From Flavobacteriales bacterium (GTDB lineage Bacteria; Bacteroidota; Bacteroidia; Flavobacteriales_F; PHOS-HE28): a stretch of DNA of 64,000 nucleotides. The DNA lies in the NCBI GenBank assembly GCA_016787995.1, contig JAEUTB010000117.1:5031-69030 (forward strand), given 5' to 3'. The notes below the pieces were generated by a model, which was not told the origin of the DNA, did no database searches, and saw nothing but the letters and a program-made list of their open reading frames with translations. The position numbers and the translations under genes were made by a program. Shown here one piece after another: positions 9,755-22,000 of the stretch; positions within the stretch are counted from its first letter, which is position 1, and the number at the start of each line of letters is the position of its first letter.

Positions 9755-12538
9755 ATGGATAAGTACTCCTACCTCAGCAATGTCGACAGCGCCTGGCTGG
9801 ACGATCTGTACCAACAATACCAGCAGGACCCCGCCAGCGTGGAGACCGGATGGGCCCGGTTCTTCGAAGGGTTCGAGTTCGCGAAGTCCGTTCAAGGTGA
9901 TGGGGATGGTGCCCTGACCGCGACGAAGGGCGCACCGAGCCCTGGTGGTAATGAGCGCTTCGAGAAGGAGTTCAAGGTGATCGACCTGATCAATGCGTAC
10001 CGGCAGCGCGGACACCTCTTCACCAAGACCAACCCGGTGCGCGATCGGCGGAAGTATGCCCCGCCGCTTGACCTGGAGACCTATGGCTTGGCCAACTCGG
10101 ATCTGGATACCGTCTTCAGCGCAGGGAATGAGGTCGGCATCGGACCGGCGAAGCTGCGTGATATCGTAGCGCTGTTGGAGCAGACCTATTGCGAGAGCAT
10201 CGGCGCGGAATTCAAGTTCATCCGCAACCCGGAAAAGGTGCGTTGGTTGCAACAACGCATGGAAAGCACGCGCAATGTGCCCGTGTTCACCATCGAGCAG
10301 AAGAAGGAGATCCTGGAGAAGCTGAACGAGGCGGTGGTCTTCGAGCGCTTCCTGGGTAAGAAGTTCATCGGGGCCAAGCGGTTCAGCATCGAAGGTGCCG
10401 AAGCCCTGATCCCGGCATTGGACACGGTGATCGAACATGGTGCGGAACTCGGCATCACGGAATACGTGATCGGTATGGCCCACCGCGGGCGCCTGAACGT
10501 GCTGGCCAACACCTTGCGCAAGAGCTATGACCAGATCTTCAGCGAGTTCGAGGGCAAGGATTACGAAGACCAGCTCGTGGAGGGCGATGTGAAGTACCAC
10601 ATGGGCTACAGCAGCATGCTGAAGACCAATTCGGGCAAGGATGTGCGGTTGACCCTCGCTCCGAATCCGAGCCACCTGGAAACGGTGGGGCCCATCATGC
10701 AAGGCATCTCACGCGCCATCATCGAGCACGACGACGACTTCGCCAAAGGCATCACCGCGCCCATCCTCATCCATGGTGATGCGGCGGTGGCCGGCCAGGG
10801 TGTCGTGTACGAAGTGGTGCAGATGGCAGGACTGAAGGCCTACGAGGTCGGTGGCACCATCCATATCGTGGTGAACAACCAGGTGGGATTCACCACCAAC
10901 TACATCGATGCTCGCACGAGCACCTACTGCACCGATGTGGCCAAGGTGACGCAATGCCCGGTGTTCCATGTGAATGGTGATGATGCCGAGGCCGTGGCCT
11001 ACACCATGAAGTTGGCCATGGATTACCGCCAGAAGTATGGTACCGACATCTGGGTGGATATCCTGTGCTACCGCAAACACGGGCACAACGAGGGCGACGA
11101 ACCCAAGTTCACGCAGCCCTTGTTGTACAAGAAGATCGCGAAGCATCCTGATCCACGCGCCATCTACACCCAGAAGTTGATCGACAGTGGGGTGGAAGGT
11201 GCCGAAGATCTCGCCCGTGAAATGGAGGAGTCCTTCACGCGGATGCTGGATGACCGCCTGAACGAAGCGAAACAGGTGCGGGTGGGCCGCATCACCAATT
11301 TCATGGAGGAGCGCTGGAAGGGCTTCAAACGCGCTGAGCCGAAGGACTTCGCCAAGTCCCCGGCCACCGGTGTGAAGAAGGAGGTCCTCCAGCTCATCGG
11401 TGAGAAGTTGAGCAGCCTCCATCCCGATGGCAAGCAGTTCTTCAGCAAGCTGGAGAAGATCCTCGGCGACCGCAAGCGGATGATGGAGACGGGCCAACTC
11501 GATTGGAGCATGGGCGAACTCCTCGCATACGGTTCGCTCCTGGTCGAAGGCCATCCCGTACGCTTCACCGGACAGGATGTGGAGCGCGGCACCTTCAGCC
11601 ACCGCCATGCCGTGGTGAAGGTCGAGGACAGTGAGGAGGAGTTCATCCATCTCAAGCACATCCAGGAAGGTCAGGCACTGCTGCAGATCTACAATTCCTT
11701 GTTGAGCGAGTACGCCGTGCTCGGTTTCGAATACGGGTATGCGCTCGCGAGGCCCAACGCCCTCACCATTTGGGAAGCACAGTTCGGCGATTTCGTGAAT
11801 GGCGCCCAGATCGTGCTGGACCAGTACCTCTGCTGTGCCGAGGAGAAATGGGGCACGCAGAACGGCGTGGTGTTGTTGCTTCCGCACGGCTACGAAGGCC
11901 AGGGCGCCGAGCATAGCAGTGCCCGTATGGAGCGTTTCCTCCAGAGCTGTGCCGATCTGAACATGGTGGTGGTGAACTGCACCACACCGGCCAATTTCTT
12001 CCACGTCCTACGGCGACAGCTGGCCTGGGATTTCCGCAAGCCACTGGTGGTGTTCACGCCGAAGAGCCTGTTGCGCCATCCCCGGTGCGTGAGCGCGTTG
12101 GAGGAATTCACCACGGGCGGATTCCAGGAACTCATGGATGATGCGACGGTTGATCCGAAAGCCGTACGTACCGTGATCTTCACGCAAGGAAAGATGCACT
12201 ATGACCTGGCTGAGCACCGGGAGAAGAATGGCATCGCCGATACTGCGTTGGTGCGGTTGGAGCAGATACACCCGCTGCCGGTGGAGCAGATGCGCGCCGT
12301 GTATAAGAAGTACGCAAAGGCAGAGCGGTACATCTGGGTGCAGGAAGAGCCCTTGAACATGGGCGCTTGGCACTACATCGCCATGAACGCCACAGATGTG
12401 AAATGGGAGGTGATCGCGCGTCCAGCGAGCGGAGCCCCCGCCACGGGCAGCAGCAAACGCAGCGCCAACCAACAGATCGCCATCATCGAACAAGCGTTCG
12501 CGAAGTCAACCACGCAGGCGAAGAAGGTGAAGGCCTGA
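9755..12538 (+). CDS. sucA: 2-oxoglutarate dehydrogenase E1 component
   Basis: N-terminus [26 protein letters not shown] is typical of SucA. ThDP-binding region present ([33 protein letters not shown]). ~927 aa from the first ATG; the track ORF begins at an upstream TTG. Confidence 0.95.
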   Translation: MDKYSYLSNVDSAWLDDLYQQYQQDPASVETGWARFFEGFEFAKSVQGDGDGALTATKGAPSPGGNERFEKEFKVIDLINAYRQRGHLFTKTNPVRDRRKYAPPLDLETYGLANSDLDTVFSAGNEVGIGPAKLRDIVALLEQTYCESIGAEFKFIRNPEKVRWLQQRMESTRNVPVFTIEQKKEILEKLNEAVVFERFLGKKFIGAKRFSIEGAEALIPALDTVIEHGAELGITEYVIGMAHRGRLNVLANTLRKSYDQIFSEFEGKDYEDQLVEGDVKYHMGYSSMLKTNSGKDVRLTLAPNPSHLETVGPIMQGISRAIIEHDDDFAKGITAPILIHGDAAVAGQGVVYEVVQMAGLKAYEVGGTIHIVVNNQVGFTTNYIDARTSTYCTDVAKVTQCPVFHVNGDDAEAVAYTMKLAMDYRQKYGTDIWVDILCYRKHGHNEGDEPKFTQPLLYKKIAKHPDPRAIYTQKLIDSGVEGAEDLAREMEESFTRMLDDRLNEAKQVRVGRITNFMEERWKGFKRAEPKDFAKSPATGVKKEVLQLIGEKLSSLHPDGKQFFSKLEKILGDRKRMMETGQLDWSMGELLAYGSLLVEGHPVRFTGQDVERGTFSHRHAVVKVEDSEEEFIHLKHIQEGQALLQIYNSLLSEYAVLGFEYGYALARPNALTIWEAQFGDFVNGAQIVLDQYLCCAEEKWGTQNGVVLLLPHGYEGQGAEHSSARMERFLQSCADLNMVVVNCTTPANFFHVLRRQLAWDFRKPLVVFTPKSLLRHPRCVSALEEFTTGGFQELMDDATVDPKAVRTVIFTQGKMHYDLAEHREKNGIADTALVRLEQIHPLPVEQMRAVYKKYAKAERYIWVQEEPLNMGAWHYIAMNATDVKWEVIARPASGAPATGSSKRSANQQIAIIEQAFAKSTTQAKKVKA

Positions 12539-12579
12539 AACTAGTCAACCAACCACGAAGCACACATCACGATCCCATC

Positions 12580-13815
12580 ATGGCAACCGTCGATATCAAG
12601 GTCCCGAGTCCTGGAGAGAGTATCACCGAAGTGCGTATCGCACAGTGGTTGGTGAAGGATGGCGATGTGGTGAGCAAGGATCAGGTGATCGCCGAGATCG
12701 ATAGTGACAAGGCCACCTTGGAACTGAGCGCCGAATCAGCCGGACAGGTGAAACTGCTTGCAGAAGCGGATCAGACCGTGAACGTGGGTGATGTGGTGGC
12801 CAAGATCGATACCAGCGTGGCCGCGCCTGCGAAGAGCACCGAGAAGGCGGCTCCTACGAAGGAGGAGAAGGCGCCTGCCAAAGCTGAACCAGCGAAGGCG
12901 CCCACAGCGACCGCTGCGGCGAGCGCTACTCCAGTGGCCAAGGCCATGTTGGATGAAAAAGGCCTGAGCGCCGACAAGGTGAAAGGCACGGGCCCGAACG
13001 GCCGCGTTACGAAAAGCGATGTGAGCGCCTACGTCAGCGGAGGTGTGAAAGCTGATGCCATCGCCATGAACGGCTGGGGTGGTTCACGCGAACAGAAGCG
13101 CAGCAAGATGACCTCCTTGCGCCAGACCGTGGCGAAACGCCTGGTGATGGCGAAGAACCAGACCGCCATGCTCACCACCTTCAACGAGGTGGACATGAGC
13201 GCGGTGATGGCCATGCGGGACAAGTACAAGGACAAGTTCAAGGAGACGCATGGTGTGAACCTCGGGTTCATGAGCTTCTTCACCAAAGCGGTAACAGAAG
13301 CGCTTCGTCTGTTCCCGGCAGTGAACGGCCAGATCGATGGCGAGGAGATCATCCTGAGCGACTATGCCGATATCGGGATCGCCGTAAGCTCGCCGAAAGG
13401 ACTGATGGTGCCGGTGCTGCGCAACGCGGAGAAGCTGTCGCTGGCGGAGATCGAAGCGGGTATCAAGGCGCTGGCGGTGAAGGCACGCGATGGTAAATTG
13501 ACCATCGATGAGATGACAGGAGGCACCTTCACCATCACGAATGGTGGTGTGTTCGGTAGCATGCTGAGCACCCCGATCATCAACCCACCGCAAAGCGCCA
13601 TCCTGGGTATGCACAATATCGTGGATCGACCCGTGGCCGTGAATGGTCAGGTGGTTATCCGCCCGGTGATGTACGTGGCGCTGAGCTACGACCACCGCAT
13701 CATCGATGGCAAGGAGAGCGTGAGCTTCCTGTACAAGGTGAAGGAAATGATCGAGGACCCCAACAAGCTGATCTTCGGCGCCAAGGATCCTGGCGAGGTG
13801 CTGCTCGGGCTTTAG
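12580..13815 (+). CDS. sucB: dihydrolipoyllysine-residue succinyltransferase (2-oxoglutarate dehydrogenase E2)
   Basis: Lipoyl domain with [13 protein letters not shown], an Ala/Pro/Lys linker, and a catalytic domain with [14 protein letters not shown]. Start set at [17 protein letters not shown]; the longer track ORF overlaps the sucA 3' end. Confidence 0.95.
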   Translation: MATVDIKVPSPGESITEVRIAQWLVKDGDVVSKDQVIAEIDSDKATLELSAESAGQVKLLAEADQTVNVGDVVAKIDTSVAAPAKSTEKAAPTKEEKAPAKAEPAKAPTATAAASATPVAKAMLDEKGLSADKVKGTGPNGRVTKSDVSAYVSGGVKADAIAMNGWGGSREQKRSKMTSLRQTVAKRLVMAKNQTAMLTTFNEVDMSAVMAMRDKYKDKFKETHGVNLGFMSFFTKAVTEALRLFPAVNGQIDGEEIILSDYADIGIAVSSPKGLMVPVLRNAEKLSLAEIEAGIKALAVKARDGKLTIDEMTGGTFTITNGGVFGSMLSTPIINPPQSAILGMHNIVDRPVAVNGQVVIRPVMYVALSYDHRIIDGKESVSFLYKVKEMIEDPNKLIFGAKDPGEVLLGL

Positions 13816-14239
13816 TTCCCGATGAACACCGTGATGGCCATCGTGCTGTCTCGGTTCATGTGCAACAACCGCCAGGTGGGACAGGTATCGGTCCCTGATC
13901 GCGCACGTCTAGCGTACGATTATTGTCGGATCGGCGCGAACGCGCGACCTCTCCGAGACCGCTTCGGTGGATCTTCCGGCGTCGCAATGGTGCGAGAAGG
14001 TTCTATTCCGCCAGTTCGTGCGCGAGCATGGTGGGCCAGTTCCTGGCGTGCAAATGGCTCACGGGTCGGTCTTCGGGACGAATGGTTCTGGATCATCTGT
14101 GATCACGGTGAGCGCATCCCCTGCTCCGTTCGAGATGTTCACGATCACGGCTGGATATCCCCTTCCGTGCAACGCGTGATAGGCTGCGGTCGTCCATATC
14201 TTGAACCTTCGGAACATCGACCTCATCAAACCTCCTCCC

Positions 14240-15766
14240 ATGAAAAGATCCTTACGATACGTTCTGCTCTTTCCGCTTCTCGCAGGAGTGGTAGCGGCCA
14301 CGACCCATGCCCAGCTCCTGTTGAGCGAGCAGTTCACAGGCGGTGCCAGTACGACGGGCTTCACCGTCGAGTCTGCCGCTGATAGTGATTGTGATTGGAC
14401 CTTCGCCCCCGGAGACCTTACGGAAACCACGTTCAGCGTGGATGGAGCGGGAGCCGTTCCCTCCGGTGCAGGATTCGATGGTGACTTCGCTTTCTTGGAT
14501 AGCGATGCTTGCGGAGGCAGCGGGATCACGGTGAACAGCTGGCTGGTATCGCCTGCTTTCGATGCCAGTGGTTCGAACATCCTCGTCCTTTCTTTTTCGC
14601 ACCAGTTCCAGGCCAGATTGCAGTCTTTCTGCAAGGTGGAGGTGTATGACGGCACCACTTGGAATGAGATCGTCACATACACGGGCACAAGCGTCGGTTA
14701 TCCGAACCCCGCGCAGGTAGCCACGTTCGACATCACTGCTGCTGCTGGTGGTTCGGCCCAAGCCCAAGTCCGATTCCAATTCAATTCCGGTTGGGATTGG
14801 TGGTGGGCATTGGACGATATCAAAGTGGAGAACGTAGCGTGCTACTTCCCGAGCGGATTGGCTGCCACGAACCCCGGGAATGCTGGGGCTACCATCACCT
14901 TCACCGAGAATGGAAGTCCTTCGTACGAATGGGTGGTGACCACCGGTGCTGTTCCAGATGGCACCAACGCTGTCGCGAGTGGCACAGCACCGAACACCAA
15001 CGCGACCGGATTGCAAGCCGGCACGCCTTACACCGTGTTCGTTCGATCGGCCTGTGATGGCGGTGGTTTCAGCGTCTGGAGCCCTGGTGTGACCTTCTTC
15101 ACGGCGATCGGCAACGATGAGTGCATCAACGCGGTGCCCTTGACCGTGAACACGGACTACGAATGCGGTGTGAAGACCCCCGGAACGGTGATCGGTGCGA
15201 CGGCCTCCGGCATCACGTCCACCTGTTTCGGGACCGCCGATGACGACGTCTGGTTCAGTTTCGTGGCGCTGACCACCACGCATCGGGTCTCGATCATCGA
15301 CATCACGGGGTCCACAACTGACTTGTATCACGCGCTTTGGAGCAATACGTGCGGCTCGTTGGAACTCGTACCGAATTCCTGCAGTGATCCACAAGAAAGC
15401 AACCCCGCGGGCCTTACGCCGGGGGAGACCTACTACTTGCAGATCTACACGTGGACGGGCTCGCCAGCACAGACCTCTGTATTCAATGTCTGCATCGGTT
15501 CCGATCCCTCCATCGGTATCGTTGAACGCACCGGAGGCCGGCAGTTCAGGGCTTTCCCGAACCCTGCGCATGACCGGATCACCTTTGAGGTGGATGATCG
15601 CATCATCAACCAATTGAAGGTGCTGGACAATGCCGGTCGTACCGTTATGCAGGGTCCGTTCGAACGGACATTGGATGTTCGTGGATTGGAGCTGGGGACC
15701 TACACGGTAGTCTTCGTTGATGAGACCGGAGGTATCAGTGCACGAAGCAGGTTCGTGCGGGATTGA
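14240..15766 (+). CDS. T9SS type-A cargo: N-terminal jelly-roll (MAM/choice-of-anchor-J-like) + Fn3-like module + protease-prodomain-like module + sorting domain
   Basis: Signal peptide MKRSLRYVLLFPLLAGVVAATTHAQ. GWDWWWALDDIKVENV ends the N-domain. Fn3-like signature TPYTVFVRSACDGGGFSVWSPGVTFFT. C-terminal FRAFPNPAHDRITFEV...GTYTVVFVDE...RFVRD is a type-A sorting domain. Confidence 0.8.
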   Translation: MKRSLRYVLLFPLLAGVVAATTHAQLLLSEQFTGGASTTGFTVESAADSDCDWTFAPGDLTETTFSVDGAGAVPSGAGFDGDFAFLDSDACGGSGITVNSWLVSPAFDASGSNILVLSFSHQFQARLQSFCKVEVYDGTTWNEIVTYTGTSVGYPNPAQVATFDITAAAGGSAQAQVRFQFNSGWDWWWALDDIKVENVACYFPSGLAATNPGNAGATITFTENGSPSYEWVVTTGAVPDGTNAVASGTAPNTNATGLQAGTPYTVFVRSACDGGGFSVWSPGVTFFTAIGNDECINAVPLTVNTDYECGVKTPGTVIGATASGITSTCFGTADDDVWFSFVALTTTHRVSIIDITGSTTDLYHALWSNTCGSLELVPNSCSDPQESNPAGLTPGETYYLQIYTWTGSPAQTSVFNVCIGSDPSIGIVERTGGRQFRAFPNPAHDRITFEVDDRIINQLKVLDNAGRTVMQGPFERTLDVRGLELGTYTVVFVDETGGISARSRFVRD

Positions 15767-15783
15767 CGGTCTTCGACTTTATG

Positions 15784-15814
15784 AGCGCCCGCGCATGGTA
15801 CATGCGCGGGCGCT
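15784..15814 (+). terminator. rho-independent terminator after 14240..15766
   Basis: Perfect 14-bp inverted repeat AGCGCCCGCGCATG-gta-CATGCGCGGGCGCT followed by GTCATTTTC, 18 nt after the stop codon. Confidence 0.75.
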
Positions 15815-15912
15815 GTCATTTTCACTTGCGAACTCTGACGCAGGAATGTACCCTCACACCGCGCTGTTAACAAGTGTGAACCGTGCCACGGATAAGCCTA
15901 TTCTAGTGAGGC

Positions 15913-15920
15913 TACGTTTG
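15913..15920 (+). promoter_or_regulatory. Bacteroidota-type -7 promoter box TAnnTTTG (TACGTTTG) for the giant adhesin operon
   Basis: Exact consensus match inside GCTACGTTTGCGCGGC (14 of 16 nt identical to the sucA box). It lies 135 nt upstream of the ATG at 16055 and downstream of the preceding terminator. Confidence 0.5.
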
Positions 15921-16054
15921 CGCGGCACCTCGTTCCGTCGTGTGATCCGTGTTTAGCGTGGTTCCTCTAGGGTGCTCTCCCTGCGGCCCTTCCAGGTAAT
16001 CCCAGACCCACGGGATCAGCTGCGTGACGAGTGCGCCACCAAGCTGGTCGGTAC

Positions 16055-19000
16055 ATGGCTGAACAACGACGCATCCTCAACGCGGTGAGCCTGCTGGCTT
16101 CCGCCGCACGCACCACTCTTCGATCCCTTATCCCCGCGGTAGCGGCGTTGCTGCTCTGGCAGTCGGAGGCCTACGCCACGCACGCCATGGGTGGTGATAT
16201 CACCTACGAGTGCCTGGGTAATAACCGGTACCGGGTGAACATGAGCTTCTTCCGGGACTGTAACGGTGTTGGAGCACCCACCAGTTGCAGCAACGGCGAC
16301 CTCCGGTTCAATGTGCGTTCCACCACGTGCAATGCCAACTTCAACGCCTGCTTCGTGCGGCAGAGCATCGAAGTGGTCACGCCCATCTGCCCTGGGGCCG
16401 AGGATCGTTGCAACAGTTCCAACGGTCTGTATGGCGTGGAGCGCCATCGGTACAGTGCGGTGATCGATCTGACACCTTGGGCGGGATGCGGAACGGACTG
16501 GATCATCGACTGGGACCTGTGCTGCCGCAACAACGCGATCACTTCCTTGAACAACCCCGGTGGTCGTGACCTCTACCTGAGCGCCCGTCTCAACAACACG
16601 ATCACGCCGTGCAACAGTTCCCCGCGGTTCATCAATGATCCGGTCCCTTTCGGTTGTGTAGGACAACCCATCGTTTACAACCATGGTATCACGGACCTTG
16701 CTGGCGACTCCTTGAGCTTTGAGCTGGCACCTGCGCGTGGAACGAACGGTGCGGCCATCCCCTACAATGCGGGCTACACCTTCACCCAACCGGTGATCAC
16801 CAGTGGTGGTGCGAATGCCGTGACCATCGACCCTTCGACGGGAACCATCCGCTTCACACCGAGCATCGCGCAGTTCGCCGTCGTGACCGTGCTCGTCCGC
16901 GAATTCAGGAACGGAGTGCAGATCGGTCAATATACCCGCGATCTGCAGTTCGCCATCATCGCCTGCAACAACAATAACCCCACGGCCAGCGGTATCAACG
17001 GCACCAACAGCTTCGTGTACAACGTCTGTGCAGGAACCAATTTCTGCTTCGATGTGAACTCGGAGGATGCGGATGCGAGCCAGCTCGTTACCATGACCTG
17101 GAACGCTGCCATCCCAGGAGCGACGTTCACCACCACCGGTGGCCCTCGTCCGGTGGGTACCTTCTGCTGGACGCCCACCACTGCTGATATCGGTCAGCAG
17201 ATCTTCACGGTGTCCGTGGAAGACAATGCATGCGTGCTGAATGGCTTCGGGACCGTCGGTTATCTCATCAACATCACCCCGCCGCTTACACCGGCAGTAG
17301 CTGGACCTGATCAAAGTGTCTGTGGTTTCACGACCACCTTGGCGGGTGTGCAGCCCTTCACGCAAGCTACGGGCACATGGACGGTGGTGAGCGGTACCGG
17401 AACCTTCGCCAACCCCAACAGCCCCACCACCACGGTGAGTGGAATGAGCACCGGGAACAACGTGTTCCGGTGGACCGTCAATTACCAGACTTGCGGGACC
17501 ACCTCGGATGATGTGGTAGTGAGCACTTTCGACCCGGCGCATCCGGTTGCCAATGCCGGCCCAGCGCAGGACTTGTGTCAACCGACCAGTACGGCCACCC
17601 TCGCAGCCAATGTGGCCACGGCACCTGCTGTGGGTACGTGGACCTTGGTGAGCGGGGCCGGTGTGGTGACCAGCCCGAATAGCCCGACATCCACCGTGAC
17701 AGGCCTTGGGCAGGGAACGAACGTGTTCCGCTGGACGATCGACAACGGTGCCTGTACGCCGCCCACGAGTTCACAAGTGAGCATCCGTGTGTTCAGCAAC
17801 ACGCAACCCGCCGCGAACGCCGGTCCTGATCAGCAATTGTGTTCTCCGAACCTCACGACCACACTCGCGGGCAACGCTCCGGTAGCACCAGCCACCGGGC
17901 AATGGACCGTGGTGAGCGGCACCGGGACATTCGCCAACGCCGCTGCACGCAATACCACCGTTTCCGGCCTCAGTATCGGGGTGAACCGATTGCGCTGGAC
18001 CATCAACAACGGACCATGTACGCCACCCACCACGAGTGACGAGGTGGACATCGTCGTCTTCAACCCGAATAGCCCAAACGCGAGCGCTGGACCGAACCAA
18101 CAGGTCTGTTCAGCGAATGCGACATTGGCCGGGAATGCACCACTCGCGCCGGCAACAGGTCTGTGGACGGTGGTGAGCGGTTCGGGCACCTTCTCCAACC
18201 CCAGCAGCCCCACTTCCACGGTCACCGGACTCTCGGTCGGTGCGAACGTGTTCCAATGGACGTTGAACAACGGTCCTTGTGCGAACGGTGTCACCACCTC
18301 GCAGGTCACCATCACACGCTTCGACGGCACCGCACCGGCCGCCGCAGCGGGCCCCGATCAGGATATCTGTACCGTGAGCGGTGGGAACACGGGCACCACG
18401 ACACTGGCTGCCAATAGCGCCACCGCACCCGGCACGGGCCAGTGGACGGTCGTGAACGGCGCGGCCACCATCGCCAACCCTGCGTCACCGACCACGAGCG
18501 TCTCCGGTCTACCCATCGGGACCACCACGCTGCGCTGGACCATCAATAACGGCCCCTGTGTGCCGAACTCCACTACGGATGACGTGGTGATCCGGGTCTT
18601 CGACCGCAATGCGGCAGTAGCCAATGCCGGACCAGCGCAGAACCTATGTGCACCGGTGGCCAGCCTGACCTTGGCGGCCAATGCGGCCACAGCCCCTGCA
18701 TCGGGAACGTGGTCCGTGGTGAGTGGTAGCGGCACCTTCGCCAACGCGAACAGTCCAACGACAACCGTAACCGCTGCAGGCTTGGGGGTGAACGTGTACC
18801 GTTGGACCATCAACAACGGTCCATGCCCAGGAGCGGTAACGACGAGCGATGTGACCATCACCATCTTCGATCCAGCGATCGCAAGTGCGAATGCCGGTGT
18901 CGATCAGGAGCTTTGTGGCACTGCGGGCACCACGCTGACGGGCAGTGCTGTAGCGGCTCCCGGAGCGGGAACATGGACCGTGGTGAGCGGCGCAGCGACT

Positions 19001-22000
19001 ATAGCTAACGCCAACAGCCCCACAGCGTCGGTGAGCGGCCTTCCCATCGGCACCACCGTATTGCGCTGGACCGTGAACAACGGCCCCTGCGGTTCCACAT
19101 CCGACGAGGTGACCATCCGTCGTTTCGACCCGAGCAACCCCGTCGCCAATGCTGGCCCGGATCAGAGCATCTGTGTTCCAGTAGCGCCGAACATCGTGAC
19201 CATGGCGGCGAGCAGTGTGATCGCACCTGCTGTGGGTACATGGACCGTCGTTTCCGGAGGTGGTATCATCACCAACCCCAACAGCCCCACGACGCAGATC
19301 ACCGGTCTACCCCTTGGCATCAGTGAATTCCGCTGGACCGTGAGCAATGGCCCATGTCCGGATGGACTTACCAACGATGTCGTGCGCGTATTCGTTTTCG
19401 ACAGCAATACGCCGATCGCGAACGCAGGTCCGGACATTTCGTTGTGCACCACGAACGGCAGCACCACGATGGCGGGTAGCACCTACGCATCACCGGCTAC
19501 GGGCCTTTGGACCTTGGTCAGTGGTACCGGTACTATCGTTGATCCCAGCAGTCCAACGACACAGATCACCGGTCTTCAGGTGGGGCAGAACATCTTCCAA
19601 TGGACGGTGAACAACGGCCCCTGCGCGAGCGGGATCACCACGGACCAGATGAGCATCTTCGTCTACGATCCGAACAACCCTGTCGCCGCTGCAGGTCCGA
19701 ACCAGAGCGTTTGTACCTCCGCCGGTAACACCATTACGCTTGAGGGCAGCCCCGTGACCTTCCCCGCAACGGGCGTTTGGACCGTTGTAGGAAGCCCGGC
19801 CACGATCGTTTCCCCGAACTCGCCGATCACACAGGTCACAGGGCTCGCAACGGGCAATTACTCCTTCATCTGGACCGTGAACAATGGGGTGTGTCCGAAC
19901 CCGGTATCCAGCAGTACTTCATTGGTCGTGGTGGCGGATGGTACGGCCCAGGCCGCGCTCGCAGGACCTGATCAGAGCGTTTGTGGTGCATCCTCCGCCG
20001 TTACGATGGCGGCGAACACGCCAACAGGGGTAGCCACGGGCTCTTGGAGCGTGGTTCAAGGCACGGCCAACTTCAGCAACAACGCTTCCGCCTCGGCGAC
20101 CGTGACCGGTCTCAGTGTCGGAGTGAACATCCTGCGCTGGAGCATCGATAACGGTGCATGCGGCATCACCAGTGACTTGGTCACCATCCTGGTCTACGAT
20201 CCGAACAACCCTGTGGCCAATGCAGGTGCGGATCAGGAGTTGTGTACGCCGACGACAAGTACCGTGTTGTCCGGTAGTAACCTCATCATCCCCGCAGTCG
20301 GTCAGTGGACCTTGGTGAGCGGGGCTGGTACCATCGCCAATCCGACCGCACCGAACTCGGCCGTGAGTGGCCTGGCGGTAGGGGAGAACGTGTTCCGTTG
20401 GCAAGTGAATAACGGTGCTTGCCCGAGCCCGGTGACACAAGATGAGGTGAGCATCTTCGTCTTCGACAATGATGCGGCGGTCGCGAACGCAGGTCCTGAC
20501 CAGGAGGTGTGTACCCCAGTGGCTTCGGTCACCTTGGTGGGTAATGCCCCGGTAGGCTCCGCTGTGGGCACATGGACCCGTATCTCCGGCGTGGGCACCA
20601 TCACTGCGCCGAACGATCCGAACACCACGGTTACCGCTCTCGGTGTGGGCCTCAACATCTTCGAATGGTCCATCGACAATGGTTCTTGCGGTGCCACCAC
20701 CGATCGTGTGAGCATCTTCGTATTCGATGGCACCAACCCTGAAGCGGATGCCGGTGCGGACCAGGAGATCTGTACGCCTGGAAGCACGGTCACGCTGTCC
20801 GGTAGCTCGGTGATCTTCCCTGCTTCGGGTACTTGGACCTTGGTGAGTGGCTCCGGCACCATCACTTCCCCGAACGACCCATCCACCACGGTGACCGGTC
20901 TTGCCGTTGGTGAGAACATCTTCGAGTGGACGGTACTGAACGGTCCCTGTGCGAACCCGATCACCTCCGACCAGGTGAGCATCTTCGTCTTCGACCTGGC
21001 CAACCCCGAGGCGGATGCAGGCCCGGACCAGGAACTCTGTTCGCCGACGTCAACCACGACATTGGACGGAAGTTCCGTGATCTTCCCGGCCAGCGGTACC
21101 TGGACCCTCACGCAAGGTTCTGGTGTGATCGCCAGCCCGAACGATCCGAACACCAGCGTAAGTGGTCTTGCCGTCGGCATCAACATCTTCACGTGGACCG
21201 TCGATAACGGACCTTGCACGAACGGTATCACCACCGATCAGGTGCGCATCCTGGTATTCGACGAGAACAACCTCGATGCGAACGCCGGGCCTGATCAGGA
21301 GCTTTGCACCCCGACATCGAGCACCACATTGAGCGGTAGCGCCGTGATCAGTCCTGCGGAAGGCACTTGGTCCATCGTCAGCGGCAGTGCGGTGATCGCG
21401 GATGCGAACGACCCGAACACGCTCATCACCGGGCTAGGGGTAGGTGAGGTGGTGCTGCGTTGGACGGTCGACAATGGCCCCTGCGCCAATGGGGTGACCA
21501 CCGATGATGTCAGCATCTTCCTCTTCAATGATCAGAACCTTGATGCCGATGCTGGTGCGGATCAGGAATTGTGCACACCGAACACGATCACCACGTTGGA
21601 GGGTAGTGCAGTGATCTTCCCAGCGGTAGGCACTTGGACTTTGGTCAGCGGCCAGGGTACCATCACCGATGTGAATGATCCGAACACCACGGTCACCGGC
21701 TTGGGTGTTGGCCAGAACACCTTCGCATGGACGGTGGACAACGGCCCTTGCGCGAACGGCATCACCACCGATGAGGTGAACATCTTCTTGTTCGACTTGA
21801 ACAGCCCGGCACCGAACGCCGGCCCCGATCAGGAACTCTGTACGCCCACCACCACGACCACCTTGCAGGGAAGCAGCGTGATCTTCCCTGCACAAGGAAC
21901 CTGGACCGTGGTGGCAGGTACGGGCATCTTCGCTGACGCGAACGACCCCAATACCACGGTGAGCGGTCTTTCCATCGGAGAGAACATCTTCCAATGGACC

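Noticed and set aside
9725-12004. Two long minus-strand ORFs (325 and 431 aa) opposite sucA
   Set aside because: sucA on the + strand is unmistakable, so these are antisense shadows.
13921-14010. GC-rich hairpins (GCGCGAACGCGC; CCGC-UUCG-GUGG tetraloop) that at first looked like part of a tRNA or structured RNA
   Set aside because: No cloverleaf can be drawn: there is no GTTCRANYC T-loop and no acceptor pairing. I could not find conserved blocks of RNase P, SRP, tmRNA or 6S. The stems are too short to call an RNA gene.
16016-17581. 521-aa minus-strand ORF antisense to the start of the giant adhesin gene, and many shorter antisense ORFs throughout 16-26 kb
   Set aside because: This is a shadow ORF of a GC-rich gene. 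It is Arg/Gly/His-rich and low-complexity, has no signal or motif, and the + strand frame has an unambiguous domain and repeat structure.
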